Below, in pieces: positions 7,795 to 12,045 of a stretch of DNA of 12,045 nucleotides. Source of the stretch: Allobaculum fili. Its GTDB lineage: Bacteria; Bacillota_I; Bacilli_A; Erysipelotrichales; Erysipelotrichaceae. A program made the translations under genes and the position numbers. How positions within the stretch are numbered: the first letter of the stretch is position 1; each line of letters begins with the position of its first letter. The stretch covers positions 1-12,045 of the forward strand of contig NZ_JAHDSX010000057.1 of the NCBI RefSeq assembly GCF_020969955.1, in the 5' to 3' direction. Below the pieces are notes generated by a model, which was not told the DNA's origin, did not search any database, and saw nothing but the letters and a program-made list of their open reading frames with translations.

Positions 7795-8420
7795 TCCGCA
7801 AATTCTTTTTCTCCTTGAAACGGCGCGTACAGACACTGATGCGTTCAAACGCCTCGTACAGAAACCAGTCGCTTTTCAAAAGGCAGCGCAAGTCCAGAGG
7901 ACTCCTTGCCGCTGGCCTGTGTATAATGCTGACGGGCTGTTCGCAAAACCTTACCCTGACCAACCAGACGTTTGTGCTGGAGCTGGGCGTCGACGTCTAC
8001 GCCAATCCCTCACTTTATCTCGAAAATCCGGAAAAAGTCGATCTGGACCGTCTGAGCGTAGAAGCGGATGCGCCGGGCATTACCATTACGGACAACCGCT
8101 TTGTAACCGTCGGCCTGGACTATCTGACGGTCGGCGAGTATAACTTTCTGATCCGTGACGGACAGGAAACCATACCGTTCGTGATCAAGATCAAGGACAC
8201 AAAGGCCCCCTCTCTGGCGAGATCACCGTCCAGCCTCGACTTAAAATACGGACAGGACGTGAACTGGGATGACGTGTTTGGCGCCAGCGATCTTTCGGGC
8301 GTTTATTACGAGGCTCCTTCGGATCTGACGTGGAATACCGAAGAGCGGGATGTGGATATTCGCATTCGCGACCGCTTTGGCAACAGCATTACCAGAACCC
8401 TGCATATTACCGTCTCCTGA
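7791..8420 (+). CDS. Putative lipoprotein of unknown function, possibly Ig-like beta-rich
   Basis: Basic n-region, hydrophobic core and lipobox: ...RKSRGLLAAGLCIMLTGCSQN. ATG 7791 overlaps the whiA stop (ATGA) and follows AAGGAAGAAG. ATG 7839 is an alternative start. I recognise no homolog with confidence. Confidence 0.65.
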   Translation: MIRKFFFSLKRRVQTLMRSNASYRNQSLFKRQRKSRGLLAAGLCIMLTGCSQNLTLTNQTFVLELGVDVYANPSLYLENPEKVDLDRLSVEADAPGITITDNRFVTVGLDYLTVGEYNFLIRDGQETIPFVIKIKDTKAPSLARSPSSLDLKYGQDVNWDDVFGASDLSGVYYEAPSDLTWNTEERDVDIRIRDRFGNSITRTLHITVS

Positions 8421-8556
8421 TCTGAGGCACGGCTTTGAATTTTTCAGTTTGCTGTGGAACCTTACGCCTGGATCTTGTAAACTCGCGAGTATGCAGGGAA
8501 ATTTCAGGCAGATATTTTTGAAAATGTGAAAGTCTTTAGATGATTTATGGCACGAC

Positions 8557-8587
8557 GAAAAGCCCTCCTTGCGAAGGGAAATTTTTC
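8557..8587. terminator. Weak bidirectional terminator-like hairpin between the lipoprotein gene and the IS110 transposase stop
   Basis: GAAAAGCCCTCCTTGCGAAGGGAAATTTTTC contains a short GC stem (CCTT/AAGG extended by C:G pairs). It is flanked by an A-run upstream and T5 downstream, and CTTTTCG follows it on the - strand. The stem is short and imperfect. Confidence 0.35.
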
Positions 8588-8613
8588 TTAGCCGTCATCA
8601 TTTGTATTCTGCG

Positions 8614-9211
8614 TTATACCAACAATGACTTGGTTGTTGTTTCTGCCAGTTGAAAGGGAATTCCAATCTGTTTAAGCAGGATCTGCACCTTTTCAATAAG
8701 AACTGGATCTGATTCTTTTGTCAGTTCAACCAGTTCTACGGCCGTTTTCTGAATTTCGTGGACGTTCTCCAATTCCACGAAATTCTCGGCTTCGGTGCAG
8801 CTGTTTTCTTCAACCGTCTCGTTCTCAGCCGGGACCGCTGTATTCGATACGTCAGATTCATCACTGGGCCGGAAACATTCTCCGGTTCGAAGCATGTGAT
8901 AGGCTGCTGTCATCATTTTTCTCGCAATAGCCACCAGAGCTCTCTTCTTGCCTCGTCTGCCAGAAATGGCTTTATACTTATTGCCAAAATATGGATTTTT
9001 AACGGCGTTGGGAGCGCACTGAATCAGTACAGGCTTCAGGTATCTCCCACCCTTTCCTATCTTCACTGATTTGTGCTTTCCGTTACTCTGATTACTTGCG
9101 GGACAAAGACCGCACCAGCTTATAAAGTGCTTCACGTTTACGAAGCAATCCATTTTCGGACCGATTTCGCCGAGAATCTGTTTCGCCGAGAGATGGGAAA
9201 TCCCAGGAATT
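8614..9211 (-). pseudogene. IS110-family transposase, C-terminal fragment (Transposase_20-type domain plus acidic tail)
   Basis: The frame reads ...IPGISHLSAKQILGEIGPKMDCFVNVKHFISWCGLCPASNQSNGKHKSVKIGKGGRYLKPVLIQCA...RALVAIARKMMTAAYHMLRTGE. These are the classic IS110 C-terminal blocks (IPGIG, SW.GL.P..., G....I.K.G...LR). The frame is open up to the junction at 9211 and has no start codon of its own. Confidence 0.88.
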
Positions 9212-9245
9212 GGTGAATTGAAATAGTAAACGCACCCATTGAACT
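9212..9245. repeat. Terminal inverted repeat of the nested element (end distal to the transposase start)
   Basis: GGTGAATTGAAATAGTAAACGCACCCATTGAACT is the exact reverse complement of 10973-11006 (34/34). Confidence 0.95.
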
Positions 9246-9256
9246 GATAAAAACGA

Positions 9257-9275
9257 GCGTTCCATTTACTGTTTC
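9257..9275. repeat. Subterminal motif, inverted copy (copy E)
   Basis: The reverse complement of GCGTTCCATTTACTGTTTC is GAAACAGTAAATGGAACGC. By eye it matches the consensus GAAGGACTAAATGCAACGA at about 14 of 19 positions. It mirrors copy B at the other end, just inside the IR. Confidence 0.45.
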
Positions 9276-9389
9276 AAAAATCTACCTTTCCTCTCAATTT
9301 CCTTTATCTAAGCCAGGAAACTGAGGGGATTTTTCTTTTACCAGGGCCGCGTTTCGCCTTTTCTGTGCTTCCATGCTAAAATTTTTGAG

Positions 9390-9465
9390 TTGGAAGGACT
9401 AAATGCAGCCACGACAAAAAGAGCAGTTGATTAGTGTATTTTTTTACTCCGATACTAAATGCAAC
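9390..9465. repeat. Two direct copies (C, D) of the subterminal motif GGA(C/T)ACTAAATGCA
   Basis: GAAGGACTAAATGCA at 9393-9407 and GATACTAAATGCAAC at 9451-9465. Both have the same orientation as copies A and B at 10920-10967. Confidence 0.6.
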
Positions 9466-9502
9466 TGCCAAATATGTGAATTAAGGTGTGTTCGTTCTCC
9501 TT

Positions 9503-9526
9503 CTTAACTCTCGTTATTGTTTAGCG
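9503..9526. repeat. Inner imperfect inverted repeat overlapping the IS30-like transposase stop
   Basis: CTTAACTCTCGTTATTGTTTAGCG compared with the reverse complement of 10888-10910 (CTTAAGGTCGTTCTTGTTTAGCG). About 19 matching positions, including a 10-nt perfect block, TTGTTTAGCG. Confidence 0.5.
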
Positions 9527-10822
9527 AGTTAACAGATCTGGCTTCAAGTGGACAGAAGCCGGATCTATTTTTTTGATTCCTAGTTTTTCCACAATTTCAG
9601 AAGATTTTTCCAGAAAGCAGAAATAATCGTACGGCGTATGACCGTGCAGACTTTTTAATCCATATGAGTTGATATGCGAGACAGCGATGTTCAGCTGCTC
9701 CTGACTGGTCAGTCCCAGCTTGACTAAATCAAAAATATGGCCGCCTCGGTTCTTCGGGGAAATTCTCCTTAAAAGAAGATGTTTGTTCTCAACGGAGGCT
9801 TTCTGGATAGACTGCATCGGATCGCAGTAAAACACTTTCACACCGAGTGCTTCGATTTCTTCGACTGCAGTAAATTCTGAACCGAGATCGGTCAGAACCA
9901 CCGCGAACAGTCGTCGGAAAGTCTGGGCTCCAAGCTGATCGTGGAGAGTTTTAAGTCCTTCAGACATCGCCTGAGCGGTCTTTTCTGTGTGGTAAACAGC
10001 GAGAAACAGATGGTGCGGATCGCGAAATAGAAAAGTCTGCATGAATGGCCCGTTGGTTACGTCGTTATAGACCGTATCCATTTCAACTACCGATACACCT
10101 GGGTGTGAAGCGAGGTGTTTCTGAAAATCCTCATAAGTTCGGCCTCAAACCACAGAATTGTCTTTCCGCTTTTTCGTTTTGATAGAGGGCTTGAATCGGA
10201 TTTCTCGCTTTACCTTAAGGGGGAGATCGATATTTAAGACTCCCTGATCGGCTAATTCCCGATGTTCGATCCAGGTATAGACAGTACGCTCCGTTACTGG
10301 GATCTCTGGGCAGCGCTGACAGATAGAGGAAAGAGACTGCCCGTTTTTAACTCCTTCACTGATGATGCGTTTCACATATTGGAATTCTTCACCGGTAAGG
10401 TTGATCCCAGTGCGCGATTCTCTAAGAGTTTTTTCGTACTCCTCCTGCGCCTGTTTCGCTTTGTAGAGGCGCTTTTCGAGTTTGCACCGCCGAGGCCGAT
10501 GGGCTTTAGGACATCCGTTGCAGAATCCTTTTTTGTCTCTGAATTCGCAAGGAATCGGCTTTCGCTTTTTACATGGAGATTTACAAATCCCGTTGTCAGG
10601 GCTGCATTCATGAATACAGACGCAATCCCAGATGACAGCTTTACCGTTGGAATCAGATTCCTTAAGACACGGCTGAAAGGAAATGTGCGCTTTGACTTCG
10701 CGGCTGACGGTGCTTTTAGACTTGTCGATCTGTCGGGCGATTTCAGCCATAGAAAGCCCCTGGTCCAGACCGTCTTGAATCAGTTTTCGAGTGACAGCGT
10801 TGAGATGTTTTTGATTAGGCAT
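9521..10822 (-). pseudogene. IS30-family transposase (HTH, Cys-rich region, DDE) interrupted by one in-frame TGA
   Basis: ATG 10822 follows RBS AGGAGG. The N-terminal HTH is LSMAEIARQIDKSKSTVSREVKAH, followed by a Cys-rich segment. The DDE blocks are GRTYEDF...VVEMDTV, VLTDLGSEF and FYCDP...ENKHLLLRRISPK, then SHINSYGLKSL. ORFs 10145-10897 and 9521-10081 share one frame and are separated only by the TGA at 10145-10147. Confidence 0.8.
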
Positions 10823-10887
10823 AAGGCCCTCCTGTCTGTTTTGGAAGGAGAACATCGAAGACTGGCCGAATCGGTCAGTACATTTTT

Positions 10888-10910
10888 CGCTAAACAAGAA
10901 CGACCTTAAG
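10888..10910. repeat. Inner imperfect inverted repeat upstream of the IS30-like transposase start
   Basis: CGCTAAACAAGAACGACCTTAAG is the partner of 9503-9526. It lies 66 nt upstream of the transposase ATG, the usual IRL position in IS30-type elements. Confidence 0.5.
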
Positions 10911-10919
10911 TTATCTGGA

Positions 10920-10967
10920 TTGAAGGACTAAACGCAACGATTGTGGTTGAAGGACTAAATGCAACGA
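10920..10967. repeat. Tandem direct copies (A, B) of the 21-nt subterminal motif TTGAAGGACTAAA(C/T)GCAACGA
   Basis: 10920-10940 and 10947-10967 differ at one position and have a 27-bp period. They sit between the inner IR and the outer IR. Confidence 0.8.
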
Positions 10968-10972
10968 GAAAG

Positions 10973-11006
10973 AGTTCAATGGGTGCGTTTACTATTTCAA
11001 TTCACC
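10973..11006. repeat. Terminal inverted repeat of the nested element (end proximal to the transposase start)
   Basis: AGTTCAATGGGTGCGTTTACTATTTCAATTCACC is the exact reverse complement of 9212-9245. Confidence 0.95.
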
Positions 11007-11839
11007 GGTTCAAGAGTTTCTTGCATCATAGATTCGTAGTCTTGAATCTGCTTAGCCGTATGGTCAATTCTTTGATAGGCGGATTTGAGCTCAAATTTCT
11101 GCGAGGGGGAGAACTTGGCGCCGGCGAACGCTTTATAAAGTTCTTCTTCTTTTTCTTTACGCTCCTGAGCATTGGCAAACTTGACGATACTGCACGATTT
11201 ACGAATCCGCTTCTGTACTTCTTCCAATACCGGCACCTCCGTGTCCAGCAGGTATTGGATAACATTCCTTGCCGATTCCCCTTCAACACCCGAGAAGATC
11301 AAATCAAGTCGGATATTGGCTTCGGTCAGGATATTTCGAATGCGACGGATATCGTCGCCTCTGACGTAAACCAGTTTTGTCCGCGTGCGTGACAGTCGTC
11401 TGGCTTCTCGAATGCGCCGTTCGGGAATATAGGATTCCCTGAGAAGGCCGTTAATTCCCAGTTCTGCGATCCACGCAGCGTCCTTCTGGTCTGTTTTCTG
11501 ACCAGTGATCATCCGCACGTGTTTTGGATTGACTATATGCGGAATCAGCTTTTTCTCTTCACAGACGTTGTAAACCGGTGTGGAGTATTTTCCGGTGGAT
11601 TTCATGTAGACATCGATCGGATCATGCGGCTGAGATTTCAGAATTTTCTTCGTCATCTCAAGAATCCAGTCACACATCTCAGAAAGATCCGTATGGTTGG
11701 ATCTGAACTTTTTCGATTTGAGCTTGAGAACGTCCACATTGGTTTTAGGATCTTTCACAGAACAGCAGACCCAGGCGTAGACATTGTTTTTATGAACATC
11801 GAGTCCGGCGCAGACGGACTTTTGAATCTGAATGGTCAT
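11007..11839 (-). pseudogene. IS110-family transposase, N-terminal fragment (DEDD RuvC-like domain)
   Basis: ATG 11839 follows the perfect RBS AAAGGAG at 8-nt spacing. MTIQIQKSVCAGLDVHK..., ...VYMKSTGKYSTPV... and ...KTDQKDAAWIAEL match the IS110 DEDD blocks. The frame runs into the nested element's IR and stops at 10997-10999 inside it. Confidence 0.88.
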
Positions 11840-11995
11840 GTCTAAGCTCCTTTCTGAAAGAAACAGGAACCAGAGCAGAGAAGTCGATTCTTTCTGTAAG
11901 AGCTCGCCAATCTGATGAGTAAGCGTCAAATAGAACCCGTCTAGAAATCGAGCGCAGACTCCTTCACAATTTCCGTGAAGACGTCTGCGCTCTTC
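11840..11995 (-). ncRNA. Candidate structured non-coding RNA in the IS110 left end (bridge-RNA-type guide, hypothetical)
   Basis: About 155 nt of non-coding sequence lies between a TATAAA box (- strand, 12001-11996) and the transposase RBS. It begins with a strong hairpin at 11950-11992: a 10-bp stem GAGCGCAGAC/GTCTGCGCTC, a 2x2 internal loop, a 6-bp stem CTTCAC/GTGAAG and a 7-nt loop. Further short stems are possible. No covariation or homology evidence is available here. Confidence 0.35.
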
Positions 11996-12000
11996 TTTAT

Positions 12001-12045
12001 AAAAAACTGCTCGACCGACTGCCCAGTGGGCTGCTGGTTGAGCAG
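12001..12045 (-). terminator. Terminator-like hairpin at the window edge, minus-strand sense
   Basis: CTGCTC (12007-12012) pairs with GAGCAG (12040-12045), enclosing a GC-rich inner stem region (GCCCAGTGGGC). On the - strand it is followed by T6 (12006-12001). It could end a minus-strand host gene lying to the right of the window. The structure is truncated by the window edge. Confidence 0.35.

Larger units (their letters stand above)
9212..11006 (-). mobile_element. IS30-like insertion element (1795 bp) nested inside the IS110 transposase gene
   Basis: Bounded by perfect 34-bp inverted repeats and carries an IS30-type HTH + DDE transposase ORF. Its removal restores the IS110 reading frame exactly. 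A 2-bp GG duplication (9212-9213 / 11007-11008) and a zero-bp duplication give the same restored sequence, so they cannot be told apart. Confidence 0.8.
8588..12006 (-). mobile_element. IS110-family insertion sequence, disrupted by a nested element; both ends approximate
   Basis: It holds the two halves of a DEDD/IS110-type transposase ORF and a non-coding left end of ~165 bp. IS110 elements lack terminal IRs, so the ends cannot be fixed from one copy. The left boundary lies somewhere in 8421-8613. The right boundary is probably near the A6 run at 12001-12006. Confidence 0.6.

Noticed and set aside
2567-7963. Long antisense ORFs opposite ktrB, ktrA, rapZ, yvcK and whiA (for example 2877-4040, 3806-4897, 4828-5865, 6462-6890, 6862-7848, all on -)
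   Set aside because: Each overlaps a + strand gene with strong family signatures. Their translations are Arg/Gly/Asp/Gln-rich with no motifs. They are classic shadow ORFs of moderately GC-rich coding DNA.
9403-9507. A 34-aa Cys-rich + strand ORF (MQPRQKEQLISVFFYSDTKCNCQICELRCVRSPS), whose ATG lies inside subterminal motif copy C and is preceded by GGAAGGA
   Set aside because: It is very short, the RBS spacing is only ~4 nt, and I recognise no homolog. The ATG is part of the repeated motif, and other copies give only 6-26-aa dead-end ORFs. It most likely arises by chance from the repeat sequence.
10145-10147. TGA reassignment (genetic code 4 or 25) or selenocysteine as the explanation for the in-frame TGA in the IS30-like transposase
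   Set aside because: ktrB, ktrA, rapZ, yvcK, whiA and the lipoprotein gene all terminate at TGA, at positions consistent with family lengths. TGA is therefore a stop in this genome. I saw no SECIS-like hairpin immediately downstream.
10823-10897. A 25-codon N-terminal extension of the IS30-like transposase in the ORF track (MFSEKCTDRF...)
   Set aside because: It starts at a TTG inside the inner IR with no RBS. ATG 10822 has a strong AGGAGG RBS and opens directly on the HTH domain.
10920-10967. A 27-bp-period tandem repeat that could be mistaken for a mini CRISPR array
   Set aside because: There are only two adjacent units with a 6-nt gap. Further copies are scattered at irregular spacing at the other end of the same IS, and all lie within IR-bounded transposon ends. 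Subterminal transposase-binding repeats are the simpler explanation.
10943-11929. Plus-strand ORFs antisense to the IS110 N-terminal fragment (10943-11392, 11172-11369, 11519-11845), and the TTG-initiated 30-codon upstream extension of the transposase (11840-11929)
   Set aside because: They are shadow frames of a clearly recognisable DEDD transposase. The extension lacks an RBS and covers the structured non-coding left end, whereas ATG 11839 has a perfect AAAGGAG RBS.

Overview
The window splits into a conserved chromosomal part (1-8420) and a mobile-element part (8421-12045). The gene content (rapZ/yvcJ-yvcK-whiA plus ktrBA) suggests a Bacillota (Firmicutes)-type genome; that assignment is inference.

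All genes in the chromosomal part are on the + strand:
- a stand-alone 5'-3' exonuclease (Pol I N-terminal/FEN-like) carrying an unusual basic low-complexity tail of about 210 aa, followed by a clean terminator
- a non-coding leader of about 490 bp
- ktrB and ktrA (K+ uptake) and a terminator
- a translationally coupled rapZ-yvcK-whiA-lipoprotein operon

The mobile-element part looks more AT-rich and is a nested mobile-element scar. An IS110-family (DEDD) transposase gene on the - strand is split into an N-terminal part (11007-11839) and a C-terminal part (8614-9211). The split is caused by a 1795-bp IS30-like element (9212-11006) bounded by perfect 34-bp inverted repeats. Deleting that element in silico restores a continuous 476-codon IS110-type ORF. 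The IS30-like transposase itself carries one in-frame TGA.

The points most worth follow-up are:
- a structured non-coding left end of about 155 nt upstream of the IS110 recombinase, a candidate bridge-RNA-type guide
- the odd architecture of the IS30-like element: outer perfect IRs, inner imperfect IRs hugging the ORF, and five copies of a 19-bp subterminal motif
- the exonuclease tail
- the long ktrB leader, which lacks a recognisable c-di-AMP riboswitch
- tandem orphan minus-strand terminators at the left edge

I saw no rRNA, tRNA or CRISPR array. All calls rest on reading the sequence and translations by eye. No database searches or folding computations were run.
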